A stretch of DNA of 63,723 nt, the filler included, from an uncultured Methanosarcinales archaeon (GTDB taxonomy: Archaea; Nanobdellota; Nanobdellia; Woesearchaeales; CAYXTQ01): NCBI GenBank assembly GCA_964608065.1. It is 3 parts of 3 records of this genome, joined end to end, with 100 filler letters (N's around TTAATTAATTAA, not from the genome) between each part and the next. Parts side by side here need not be neighbours in the genome. Positions count along the whole stretch, not along the records: positions 1 to 22,577 come from CAZSMA010000010.1; 2 more parts are not named here. One strand, 5' to 3'. The notes under the pieces are model-generated. The model worked only from the letters and a program-made list of their open reading frames with translations, was not told where the DNA came from and made no database searches. Below are positions 9,923-20,500 of the stretch, piece after piece. The first letter of the stretch is position 1. Every line of letters begins with the position of its first letter. A program made the position numbers and the translations under genes.

Positions 9923-11443
9923 TCATATATCTGCAAATAAAGACCAAGATTTGCAGTCTTTTGCTTCGTTTAGTGCTACTGATTGTCCTGTTATATATCT
10001 TAAAACTAATACAGCATCTTGTATATTGATTGAACTATCTCCATTCAAATCTAAACTTTGCTGTAAAGAACAATCTTGCAAGTCTTCTGCTAATTGGAAT
10101 ATTATATCTTTTTGAATTACTTCAGAATCTCCAAAAGTTACATTAAAAGTTTCAACAGCTGAACCACTCCTTACTGTTATTGTATATGGATCAAATATAT
10201 GTTCTGATTCTATTAAAGGTAATCCTACTTCAAATTTATATCCATAAGTTTTTTCAGTCAACCATAGATTTAATTTTCCTTCTTCATCTGTTGAATCCAA
10301 TATTTTTTCAGTTGGATTTAAAATATCTGAATATATTTTTTTATCTTCAGTCAATGGTTCTATTTCTAAAATATCATTAATTTCTACTGTTGCTGGAACC
10401 CCATTTCCATTTTGGTCAGTTACATTAATCTTCAACAATTTTTGTTTGAAAATTTTATTATCTGCCCATCCCCACCAACTAGGAGGTATTTCAGGATTTG
10501 AAGTTATTTTTTCAGATGAGAAATTCATATTTCTAAATTTATAAAAATGATCTCTTCCATAACCAAATTGAATATCTGAAGGAAAATCAGGATCTATTTC
10601 TACATTTTCTAAGGTTATATCTGTAAAAAAAGATTCATCATAAATCCCAGAAGCAGAGCCATAACTTGGATTTAACCCATTATAATCCATCTTAACATTT
10701 TTAAAGACTGTATTAAATGTATTTACTGCTTGATAAATTCCTTGTGAAACATTCATATTTACGTTTTCAACTAATAAATCTTTAACATAATACCAATAGA
10801 AAGTAAACCCAATAGGTGCTGATAAGTTTAAATCATGAATATGGGCTCCAGATTCATAAAAAACCAAAGCTGAAGCATCATCATATTGATTACTTATTAT
10901 TATTTCTCCATTAAAGATTTTTACATTTGGACTTTCATCAATTTCAATACCAGCCCATTTAGAATTTTCAATTTTAAATCCATTTAAGTCCAATGTTGCA
11001 TTTTTAGCACTATCAAAATAAACACCTGTATATTCTCCAGTACAATCTAAATCATTAGCCAATATATATAAAGTATCTCCTGTATTAATAGAACTTTCAC
11101 AATCAGTAATATAAAATGGATTTGGCATATAATTCATTGAAAAAATCACACTATCACTATCTTCACCATTAGAATTATTAGCCCAAATTTCTAATTCAAA
11201 TGTTTCATTTCTACCAAAAAAATCATATTGTAAATCCTCCACATTTTCAGCTAAAATTCTATTTCTACCATCTTCTTTCATAAAAAAAGTGACAGGTTCA
11301 GTAGAAGTTACATTAACTAATAGTTTTCCACCAGCATATGTCGTATTTTCCGGAGATACAATTGTTATCTCTGGCGCAGCCAAAATAAAATTTGAAAGAA
11401 ATATAAAAAATATTCCTATCAATATTAAATTAAGTTTCTTCAT
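9923..11443 (-). CDS. Secreted beta-helix protein with C-terminal dockerin-like motif (paralogue A)
   Basis: Signal peptide, Ig-like N-domain, YILANDLDC..TLDLNGF beta-helix cap, DLNGDSSINIQDAVLVLRYITG. Confidence 0.75.
   Translation of the reverse strand: MKKLNLILIGIFFIFLSNFILAAPEITIVSPENTTYAGGKLLVNVTSTEPVTFFMKEDGRNRILAENVEDLQYDFFGRNETFELEIWANNSNGEDSDSVIFSMNYMPNPFYITDCESSINTGDTLYILANDLDCTGEYTGVYFDSAKNATLDLNGFKIENSKWAGIEIDESPNVKIFNGEIIISNQYDDASALVFYESGAHIHDLNLSAPIGFTFYWYYVKDLLVENVNMNVSQGIYQAVNTFNTVFKNVKMDYNGLNPSYGSASGIYDESFFTDITLENVEIDPDFPSDIQFGYGRDHFYKFRNMNFSSEKITSNPEIPPSWWGWADNKIFKQKLLKINVTDQNGNGVPATVEINDILEIEPLTEDKKIYSDILNPTEKILDSTDEEGKLNLWLTEKTYGYKFEVGLPLIESEHIFDPYTITVRSGSAVETFNVTFGDSEVIQKDIIFQLAEDLQDCSLQQSLDLNGDSSINIQDAVLVLRYITGQSVALNEAKDCKSWSLFADI
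9930..10168. repeat. 239-nt direct repeat, copy 1 (3' end of dockerin gene A)
   Basis: Matches 11463-11701 with two synonymous mismatches by eye. Confidence 0.9.
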
Positions 11444-11458
11444 ATTTATTCACCCCAA

Positions 11459-12970
11459 TTATTCTGCAAATAAAGACCAAGATTTGCAGTCTTTTGCTTC
11501 ATTTAGCGCTACTGATTGTCCTGTTATATATCTTAAAACTAATACAGCATCTTGTATATTGATTGAACTATCTCCATTCAAATCTAAACTTTGCTGTAAA
11601 GAACAATCTTGCAAGTCTTCTGCTAATTGGAATATTATATCTTTTTGAATTACTTCAGAATCTCCAAAAGTTACATTAAAAGTTTCAACAGCTGAACCAC
11701 TTCTTACTGTTACTGTGTATGGATCAAATGTATGTTCTGAAAAAGTTATAGGAGATCCATCAAAAGATTCATATCTATATGTTCTTTCTGTAAGCCAAAC
11801 TTCTGTTTTACCAGTTGAATCTGTTGATTCTAAAAGTTTTTCTGTAGGATTCATATCTAATTTGTATCTTTTTTCATCTTCAGTTAAAGGAATTGTTTCT
11901 GAAAAATCATTTATTTCTATAGATGCTGGAATCCCATTACCATTTTGGTCAGTTACATTAATTTTTAATAACTTTTGTTTATACAAATTATAATCTGTAA
12001 TTTCATTATTATTAATAACTTCAATATCCTCTGAAGATAAATTCATATTTCTAATAAAATATCTTAAACTTTCAGTATTATAAATTCTAAAATCTACAGG
12101 AAATTCAGAAGAAACTATTTTTATATCTTCAAGAATAACATCATTAAGATAACCATAATCATGTATTGCTGCATCATCTCCTGCATAAGGACCTTCTATA
12201 TAATCTATTGTTATATTTCTAAATTCAGAATTTATCAAAGTATAATAATTTGCAATTCCTTCAGCAGCAGTTATATAAATATTTTCTGCTAATAATCCTT
12301 TAGTAGCATACCAAAATGTTGCTATCCCCATATCTCCTTCAATATTTAAATCATGTAAATAAGCTGATGAACCTCCCATAATAGCTAAAGCTACTGTTCC
12401 AGCAGATACATCTCCAATTATTTCTCCATTAAATACCTCTACATTTGGGCTTTCAGAAATTCTAAAAGAAATCCATCCAGAACCTTCAATTTTATAACCT
12501 TTAAGATTTAAACTTACATTTTTAGCTCCACCAATAATAAAACTTCCACCACCACAATTCAAATCATTAGCAAGCTCATAATGAGTATCACTTGTAGCAA
12601 TTGTACCACAACCAGTAATTTGAATAGGATTTGTAATATAATTCATTGAAAAAGCAACACTATTATTATCTTCTCCATTGGAATTATTAGCCCAAATCTC
12701 TAAATTAAATGATTCAGCTCTTCCATAAATATCATATTGTAAATTTTCAACATTTTCAGCCAAAATTATATCTCTATCGCCTTCTTTCATAAAAAAAGTA
12801 ACAGGTTCTGTAGAAGTTACATTAACTAACAGTTTTCCACCATCATATGTCGTATTTTCCGGAGATACAATTGTTATCTCAGGCGCTCCTAATACAAAAT
12901 TTGCAAGGAAAAATAAGCTTAATACAAAAAATATATTAAATTTTATTAATCTCTTTACATTATTATTCAT
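11459..12970 (-). CDS. Secreted beta-helix protein with C-terminal dockerin-like motif (paralogue B)
   Basis: Same architecture as paralogue A; start moved to ATG 12970 behind GGGGTG SD. Confidence 0.75.
   Translation of the reverse strand: MNNNVKRLIKFNIFFVLSLFFLANFVLGAPEITIVSPENTTYDGGKLLVNVTSTEPVTFFMKEGDRDIILAENVENLQYDIYGRAESFNLEIWANNSNGEDNNSVAFSMNYITNPIQITGCGTIATSDTHYELANDLNCGGGSFIIGGAKNVSLNLKGYKIEGSGWISFRISESPNVEVFNGEIIGDVSAGTVALAIMGGSSAYLHDLNIEGDMGIATFWYATKGLLAENIYITAAEGIANYYTLINSEFRNITIDYIEGPYAGDDAAIHDYGYLNDVILEDIKIVSSEFPVDFRIYNTESLRYFIRNMNLSSEDIEVINNNEITDYNLYKQKLLKINVTDQNGNGIPASIEINDFSETIPLTEDEKRYKLDMNPTEKLLESTDSTGKTEVWLTERTYRYESFDGSPITFSEHTFDPYTVTVRSGSAVETFNVTFGDSEVIQKDIIFQLAEDLQDCSLQQSLDLNGDSSINIQDAVLVLRYITGQSVALNEAKDCKSWSLFAE
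11463..11701. repeat. 239-nt direct repeat, copy 2 (3' end of dockerin gene B)
   Basis: Matches 9930-10168. Confidence 0.9.
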
Positions 12971-13163
12971 TTCACACCCCCATTGAACATTTAAAATTTG
13001 CCCCAATTAAATATTCAAAATATAATTTCAAAGATTAAAAAGTATTTAAACATTTATTCATCTAAATCTCTATATTCCAAAAACACTTATTAATAATATA
13101 TAATGGAATGATTATATCCTAAAAAACAAAAGGTTTAAATAAGGTGTAACAAATAAGTTCCAT

Positions 13164-13700
13164 ATGGAACAAAAAAGTTACAATCAAGAAATTATTAACT
13201 TATTAACAAAACAAAAAGACTATGCTAGAAGTATTGCTAAAAGATTATCAACAAATCACACTAATATCAACAGAAAATTAAATAATTTAATGAAAGAAAA
13301 TGTTCTAGATTTCACATTACAAGGGAAAAACAAAATTTATTTCTTAAAAAACACAATAGAAGCTAAAGAATATATAATTATTGCAGAAAAATATAAACTG
13401 CTAAAAACATTAAAAAAATATCCTAAATTAAGAGAAATAATTGAAAAAATACAAAAACATAATAAAATAGAATTAGCTATCCTTTATGGCTCATATGCTA
13501 AAAATTTGGCAAAAGAGAATAGTGATATTGACATCTTCATTAAAACTAAAAATCCGAAAATAAAGCAAGAACTTTCAAGAATCTCGTCAAAACTAAGCAT
13601 AAAAATCGGTAATCTTGATAAAGCCAACCCTTTGGTTAATGAAATTAAAAATAACCATGTTATAATTAAAGGGGTAGAGCAATATCATGAAGGATCTTAA
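13164..13700 (+). CDS. HTH + minimal nucleotidyltransferase (MNT) antitoxin-like protein
   Basis: N-terminal winged HTH; LYGSYA...SDIDIFI. Confidence 0.88.
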   Translation: MEQKSYNQEIINLLTKQKDYARSIAKRLSTNHTNINRKLNNLMKENVLDFTLQGKNKIYFLKNTIEAKEYIIIAEKYKLLKTLKKYPKLREIIEKIQKHNKIELAILYGSYAKNLAKENSDIDIFIKTKNPKIKQELSRISSKLSIKIGNLDKANPLVNEIKNNHVIIKGVEQYHEGS

Positions 13701-13776
13701 ACACATTAAAGAAAAAAGAGAAAAGTTTATAAATTACCCAAAATTAGGTAAGATTGTACCCAAAAGGAGGTATAAT

Positions 13777-14403
13777 ATGCTTACAAAAAAACAACTTAAA
13801 ATATTTGGATTATTTGGAAAGAACACTTTCAAAGAATATACTTTTAAAGAGCTTAAAGAGTCTTCAAAAGAGAAATCACATTCAGTATTACAAAATGCTA
13901 TTAGTAAATTCCGAAAAGAAGAGCTCATAACTGAGCGAAAAATAGGAACCTCAAAGCTCTACAAAATCAACCACAATAACAATAAAGCACATGATTATCT
14001 AAGAATAAATAATCAAGATAAAATCTCAAAAGCAGTAAAAAGCTGTATAAAACACATAAAATGGGCACTTGATAAAGAAGAGCAGTTTTATGCTTTAGTT
14101 ATTTTCGGATCATATGCAAATGAATCCTTTACCGAAAAATCAGACTTAGATCTTGCTATATTCATAAAAGATAAAACTGAAAAAAATAAAATAAAAATTG
14201 CATTAAACTCAGCATCAAATAAAACAATTATTGATATAGACCCACATATTATAACAGAATCTGAATTTCAAGAAATGCTTAAAGCAGATTATGAAAATTT
14301 AGGGAAAGAAATAGCTAAAACAAATTTACCAATTTATAACCCCACAATTTTTTATAATTTAATAATGAGAGGGATAAAAAATGGATTTAACTCTTTATCT
14401 TGA
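13777..14403 (+). CDS. HTH + MNT antitoxin-like protein
   Basis: AGGAGG SD at 13765-13770 supports ATG 13777; FGSYA...SDLDLAIF. Confidence 0.88.
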   Translation: MLTKKQLKIFGLFGKNTFKEYTFKELKESSKEKSHSVLQNAISKFRKEELITERKIGTSKLYKINHNNNKAHDYLRINNQDKISKAVKSCIKHIKWALDKEEQFYALVIFGSYANESFTEKSDLDLAIFIKDKTEKNKIKIALNSASNKTIIDIDPHIITESEFQEMLKADYENLGKEIAKTNLPIYNPTIFYNLIMRGIKNGFNSLS

Positions 14404-14452
14404 AAGAGCAGAAAATGAACTGGAATTAGCAAAAATTATACTTGAAAAATAG
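14381..14452 (+). pseudogene. Truncated HEPN toxin N-terminal remnant
   Basis: MDLTLYLERAENELELAKIILEK* overlaps the MNT stop and resembles the first helix of HEPN proteins. Confidence 0.6.
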
Positions 14453-14644
14453 TAATAAGAAATTCAAACATTACCTCTAAAAAATAAGTAAAAAAATTCT
14501 AAAATTAAGAAAAATTCCCAAACCTTTAAATATGAATTATATATTAATATTAGCAGGGAAGGAGGTGTCGTAGGATAGCTTAATTTCTATCTAAAAATAC
14601 CTTATTAAATGCGTGTAGATTATAGAGTGTAGAATGTAAACTCA

Positions 14645-15280
14645 ATGTTAAAAATGGGTGTAGGTGTAATTAGCAGACTAGTAACTAGAAAGTTTTTTCT
14701 ATTAGCTTTTGCTATCTCAGGATTCACAGCTTTAGTTTATGAAATCGTTTGGATAAGATATTTACAATTAATTTTTGGATCAACAATTTATGCTGTTTCA
14801 ACATTATTATCAACCTTCATGGCAGGTTATGTATTGGGAGCTTTCTTGTTTAGAAATGTAGCTGATAACACGAAAAAACCTTCCCTGGTTTTTTCTATTC
14901 TACAAGGTGCTATCGGAATTTATGGCTTGTTAATAATCCCTATGTTCAAGCTGTTACCTACACTATACATTTCTTTACTAGAAGTTCCTGGTAGCCAGTT
15001 TTTACAGTTTGCGCTAGGATTTTTAGTAATAATTATCCCAGCCACACTATTTGGTGCAACATGGCCTGTCATGAACAAGGCTTACATAAAAGTTAAGGTT
15101 GGAAAAGACGCGGGAATGTTATATTCCTTAAATTCTGTTGGTGCTGTTTTTGGCTCTATAGCCGCTGGATTTCTATTAATTCCTTCCCTAGGTTTGATGA
15201 GAACCTCAATTACAGCTTCAATCTTGAATTTAGTAAGTGCTAGTATAATTTTTTTGGTATGGAAACGGAATGAAGGCTAA
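14645..15280 (+). CDS. Stand-alone membrane domain of the fused MFS/spermidine-synthase-like family
   Basis: SGFTALVYEIVWIRYL, IPATLFGATWP, LYSLNSVGAVFG; paralogous to the N-terminus of 15886-17580. Confidence 0.82.
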   Translation: MLKMGVGVISRLVTRKFFLLAFAISGFTALVYEIVWIRYLQLIFGSTIYAVSTLLSTFMAGYVLGAFLFRNVADNTKKPSLVFSILQGAIGIYGLLIIPMFKLLPTLYISLLEVPGSQFLQFALGFLVIIIPATLFGATWPVMNKAYIKVKVGKDAGMLYSLNSVGAVFGSIAAGFLLIPSLGLMRTSITASILNLVSASIIFLVWKRNEG

Positions 15281-15896
15281 ACTAGCTTTAATTATTGGAT
15301 TATTTGCCATTTTATTAATTGTTAATGTCTCAGCTTTGGAATGCCAGGAATTTGAAGAAAATGTGTTTTGGAGTAATTCATATTCTTTAAATGAATATTC
15401 AGAATATTCTTATACATGGAACATTAAAAATAAATGTCCAGAAGAAAATTGTATTTTAAAGGATTTAAGTGCATATTCTAGAAGCATTAATTTTGGAAAT
15501 AATAATTATGCAACAGGAACGATAATGATTTCCGAAAATCAATGTTCTAATCCTGAAAAAGCTAAATTTGAAAAATACATGTCTTATCAAGAAGCTATTA
15601 AGCCTAAAGATGTTCCTTTTACATGGAATTGTGGAGTTTTAAAAGAAAATAATGTCTGTGATTTAGAAATTGATTATCCAAATTGTTTTGCAGTTAAAGT
15701 TACTGGAGATAAAGCAGTTTTAACTGATGTTTTGAAAGTTAAATATTCTTTATGCTGGAAAAATCAAGTTTCAGGAATAACAGGATATTTCTTAAAAATA
15801 AAAGATAATGGAAAGTTTTCATTCATACCTTTGTTAGTTATTTTGGCCATAAGTTTAGTGATTATCATAAAAAAGAGGAGAAAACATGGATCTTAG
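15270..15896 (+). CDS. Cys-rich exported protein with C-terminal TM anchor
   Basis: Signal peptide, 8 Cys, C-terminal TM followed by KKRRK. Confidence 0.75.
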   Translation: MKAKLALIIGLFAILLIVNVSALECQEFEENVFWSNSYSLNEYSEYSYTWNIKNKCPEENCILKDLSAYSRSINFGNNNYATGTIMISENQCSNPEKAKFEKYMSYQEAIKPKDVPFTWNCGVLKENNVCDLEIDYPNCFAVKVTGDKAVLTDVLKVKYSLCWKNQVSGITGYFLKIKDNGKFSFIPLLVILAISLVIIIKKRRKHGS

Positions 15897-17580
15897 AAAA
15901 CTGTTATTAATAGCGTTTGTCTTTTCAGGAGCAGCTGCTTTGATTTATGAAGTAGCGTGGACAAGGCCGTTACAGTTTGTTTTAGGATCTACAACTTACA
16001 CAATAAGCATAATATTTGCCGCCTTTATGGGAGGATTAGCTTTAGGATCTTGGTTAATGAGCAAATATGTTGAAAAAATTAAAAACCTTCCTAAAACTTA
16101 TGCTTTATTAGAATTAGGTATTGGATTGTATGGCATTTTATTATTAACATTGTTTAACCTTTTACCAAAACTTTATAGAGTGATTTATCCTTTACACAAA
16201 AGTTTTTACTTTTTTGAAACAAGCCAATTTTTGATTACTTTTTTGCTATTATTAATACCTACAACTTTAATGGGAGCAACTTGGCCCATTATTGCTAAAT
16301 ATTATATAAAACAGAAAGTTGGCAAAGGAATTGGTGAAATTTATTCTGCAAATAATTTAGGAGCTATTATTGGTGGTTTTTCGGCAGGATTCTTATTAAT
16401 TCCATTCTTAGGCATTAAATTAAGCATTATAATAGCTGCATTATTAAACATCATTATTGGTTCTATAATTTTAATAAAAATTTCGAAAAATTTAGCCAAA
16501 AAACTTCTTCCATTAGCATTTCTATTGTTTTTAGCTTTAGCTTATTTTGGAGATTATAATATCAAAGAAATGTATTCCAGCGGGTTTACAAGAACACAAT
16601 TTTCTGAAGATTTGGTAAAACAAACAGAATTCTTATATTATAATGAAGGTGCACATGCTACTATAGCAGTTATAAAAGACCCATTAGAAGGAGCTATAGC
16701 ATTGCTCATCAATGGAAAAGGCCAGGGAAGCAATGCTATGCAAGATATGAGAATTAATTATTTATTAGCTTACCTGCCACAAATTTTAGTCCCAAAAATC
16801 CAAAATGCTTTAATAATTGGATTAGGGACAGGAACAACTTCAGGACATTTAGCTCAAAACACTCAAGTAACTACTATTGAAATTGAGAAATCTGTAGTTG
16901 AAACTATTAATTACTTTAATCAAATGAACTTAGATGTTCTTAATAATCCTAATCATGAACTTATAATTGCAGATGGAAGAAATTATTTGTTAAAATCTGA
17001 TCAAAAATATGATGTAATTATACCAGAACCTTCTGATCCTTGGCAATCTTTTTCAACCAACCTTTATTCAAAAGAATTTTTTGAACTTGAAAAAAAGCAT
17101 CTAAAGGAAAATGGAATTGCTCTTCAATGGATTCCAATTTATGAATTAAATGATGATGATTTTAAATCAATTTATGCTACTTTTAGTTCTGTATTTCCTT
17201 ATGTTATAGCATTTGCCAATCTCAAAATTAATGAAGGATTTCCAGTAGAACTAGAAACTTCAGAAATTATACTTATAGGCTCTAATCAGGAACTATTTGA
17301 TGAAGAAAGTTTCAGGAACAATTTTAATGCACTTTCTTCTGAATCTAGAGCTTATTTAGATAAAATATGGGTTAGTTCTGCTGATGATTTGTTAAATCTG
17401 TTTTTATTTGATCAGGAACAAATAGAAGCATACAGCACAAATGCAGAAATTGTTACAGATGACAACTTAAAATTAGAGTTTTCAACATCTAAAACAATAT
17501 TACATCTGGAACCAGAAACAACAATATCAGGAATAAAAGAGTTTTTGGAAAAAGAGGTTGTTAATGATAAGAAAAAGTAA
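15886..17580 (+). CDS. Fused MFS-like membrane domain / spermidine-synthase-like SAM-dependent transferase
   Basis: About 7 TMs, then LLINGKGQ, IIGLGTGTT, ADGRNYL, YDVIIPEPSDPW, TDDNLKLEF. Confidence 0.88.
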   Translation: MDLRKLLLIAFVFSGAAALIYEVAWTRPLQFVLGSTTYTISIIFAAFMGGLALGSWLMSKYVEKIKNLPKTYALLELGIGLYGILLLTLFNLLPKLYRVIYPLHKSFYFFETSQFLITFLLLLIPTTLMGATWPIIAKYYIKQKVGKGIGEIYSANNLGAIIGGFSAGFLLIPFLGIKLSIIIAALLNIIIGSIILIKISKNLAKKLLPLAFLLFLALAYFGDYNIKEMYSSGFTRTQFSEDLVKQTEFLYYNEGAHATIAVIKDPLEGAIALLINGKGQGSNAMQDMRINYLLAYLPQILVPKIQNALIIGLGTGTTSGHLAQNTQVTTIEIEKSVVETINYFNQMNLDVLNNPNHELIIADGRNYLLKSDQKYDVIIPEPSDPWQSFSTNLYSKEFFELEKKHLKENGIALQWIPIYELNDDDFKSIYATFSSVFPYVIAFANLKINEGFPVELETSEIILIGSNQELFDEESFRNNFNALSSESRAYLDKIWVSSADDLLNLFLFDQEQIEAYSTNAEIVTDDNLKLEFSTSKTILHLEPETTISGIKEFLEKEVVNDKKK

Positions 17581-20500
17581 AAAAGAGAGTGGAAATAGGA
17601 TTTCAGGAAATATCTATTTAGTAATAATTTTCTTTGGAATAATATTCATATTTGCTTCTCTTTTTTTCATGAAACCTGTTTTTGCTGGAACTCAAACTTT
17701 TGAACAAACCTTAAACCCAACTTGGACAGCTATTGCTACAAAAGGAGGAGGTACGAGCCAGCCTAAATATTATAATTGGACTGTAGAATATCCCTGTCCA
17801 GAAGAGCCAGGAAGAGTTAATTGTTATATGAGTAAAATTGAAGGTTATGTTAGATATATGGAAACTGGGGGAGGCGCTGTTACTATTACAACTTATTCTT
17901 ATGGTCAAATTGCTGATAAATCTTTAAGAAATTGTGCTAGCCCTAGTACTGTTACCTATACAAATGCAAGATATTTTGCTTATAATACGAGTACTATTCC
18001 TGGTGGAGGTGTTATAGGTCCGGGTTATGAATGCGCTATTGGAGCAGGCAGTAATACTTGCGCATTGACTATTAATGATGGTTTTAATGAATCCGTCCCT
18101 CCATGTTATTCTGTAAGAGTTCAAGGAGGTTCAAATTCCCCTGGATCTATAGCTGTCTCTATTGATACTTTTAATGTTAGATATACTTGGAATTGGAGAG
18201 ATGTTAAACCAGTATTAACATCTCCTAGTATTAGCACTTCTTTTGAAACCCCAGCCAATACTACTCAGGGAGGATGGGGTCAGACTTTTAATTTTACTGT
18301 ATTAGTAAATGAACCAGATGATGCAGATACAAATGTTAGTGTATTATATAGTCCTACTTTATCATGGGGTAATGAAATAGCTACAACTCTTTGTGAAGAT
18401 TGCAGTATTGGCTCTGTTAACCCTGAATCAGTTTCAATTTATTATAAAGGATTTAACTGCGAAGATATTGCAACTTATAATTATTATATGTTTAATGCTA
18501 CTGATAACGATACTGCTTCGGGTCCTTGGAGTAGAACTTGGGGACCATATGCTCCAAATTACTTTACTATCTTAAAAGATAATGTAACATTCAATTATGT
18601 TTCAGGAAACTTATCAGAAACAAATAGAGGTTTAGGAACACCAGACACTTATGCTAATTTTGTATTATATGGAAATGATACTACAAATCAATCAAAAGTG
18701 TTAGATGGATTAACAATAAGATTAGATGTAACTACAGATACAACAACTTATACAACAGGAGTTTTATTTAATGAATCTCATGCAGGAGGAAATATTAGCT
18801 TTGACTTTGGTGCTCTTTGTGCTTATGGAGTAGGACCTCAAAAATGGAGATTTTACACAGGGGGTTCTGGAACAGATTACAGTGGAGATATATGTTATTT
18901 TGCAGCTTATAGTGATGAATATACTGTAAATGTAACTGATGAATTTACTGTTAAAGTAGCTTATCCTACCCAAGATGATAGTGTTAATGTTGATAGCAGT
19001 CCATCTATTGGAATTAAAGGAACCATAGATGATAGTTGTGGTAGTGTTAATGATGCAACTGCTGGATTCTTGATTACTGGTCCTAGTTATTCTTATGTTT
19101 GTAATGATTCTTCTAATGATATTAGAACAGGTGGTGTTTGGAGCGAAGGTACAGGTTATTATAATTGTACTTGGAACACTACTATAGGTATTAAAGGAAG
19201 GTATAATGTTTCTTTCTTTGCTAATAAAACATATTATCCTGCTAATGAAACACTAAATACAACTTTTAGTCTTACAGGTTCACCAAGTTTAACAAGTCCA
19301 ACTGTAAACCCACAAGATGCTCCCTGGGGTGCAAAACACAATTTTTCAGTATTAGCTTCTGCGGGATCAGATACAAGAGTTCTTACTGTTAAGGCATACA
19401 TAAGTGGAACTGCTCCTTATGCAAATAATTATCGGGAAATTGGAACATTCAAACAATGTACTGGTAGTAATTGCGGCACTTTAACTTGGCCATGGAATTT
19501 CTCTGGTTGTGATGATAAAAAATTATGGTACTTCAAATTTAACTTGACAAGCACAGAAGGGGGAGGAACAGCTACAAGTTCTGAAGCTTATACTGATTTA
19601 AAAAAAGAACCTGTTGAACTAATTCATCAATTCGGAGATGCTACTGCTACATTTGAAACCCCAGCAACATTTATTGTCAGAATGAAAGATACTGCTGATG
19701 GAAGAGCCCCAGGATTTAATATCACGCCACAAGCATATGTTGGTTTTGAAGTTACTGTTGATGGAAACATAATGGCATATGTTGGTAAAAATTTAACAAA
19801 TATATCTACAGCTAATTCAACTTATAGTTTTCTGCCGCCAGAATCTTGTGAATGGAGTCCAGGAACTCAATACTGGAGGGCATTCATTAATACAACTTTA
19901 GATACTTGTTATGGTTATACTTATAATACAACAGCATTGAATTATTCTGTTTATTTAGACATACCTTGTTTTGCAGATTTACAAGTTCCAACTATTAAAA
20001 AACCAACTTATATCTTTCAAAATAATACTTTTAAGATTAATGCTACCTTGCAAGCAATAGTAAATGTTTCAAGTAATACACTAGCAACTATAAATGTGCC
20101 TAATGATTGGATTGTTGAACCTAGCAGGGTTATTAATATAGGTAATCTTACTGCAGGAAGCACCAGAGATGCTTCTTGGAATGTAACACCCACAACTTTT
20201 GGAACATTTTCAGCTAACGACATAAATGTCACATTCAATAATACAGAATTATTAAACGTAACTTCAACATTTTCATTATTTGTATACAAGTTAAAAACTC
20301 TTTCAAATATTTCAAAAGCAGAACTGTATGATATTTCTGGCAACTTAGGATGTTTAGATAATATTTGCAATGTAACTAACCATCTTTCTATACCTAATGT
20401 AACTTTAGGTTATTCATTAGATGATAATAATGTTGAAGCCGAATTAACAACAAATGCAGATGAATATATTTTAGCATATTGGATATGCGAAGCCGGAGAT

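Noticed and set aside
9888..11648. Two plus-strand ORFs sharing SANKDQDLQSFASF...
   Set aside because: Antisense read of the duplicated dockerin 3' ends
9930..11701. Diversity-generating retroelement TR/VR pair
   Set aside because: Both copies are coding, only two synonymous differences, and no reverse transcriptase in the window
15886..17580. Calling this gene speE (true spermidine synthase)
   Set aside because: It lacks the canonical GGGDG and DxxDP aminopropyltransferase motifs; function left open
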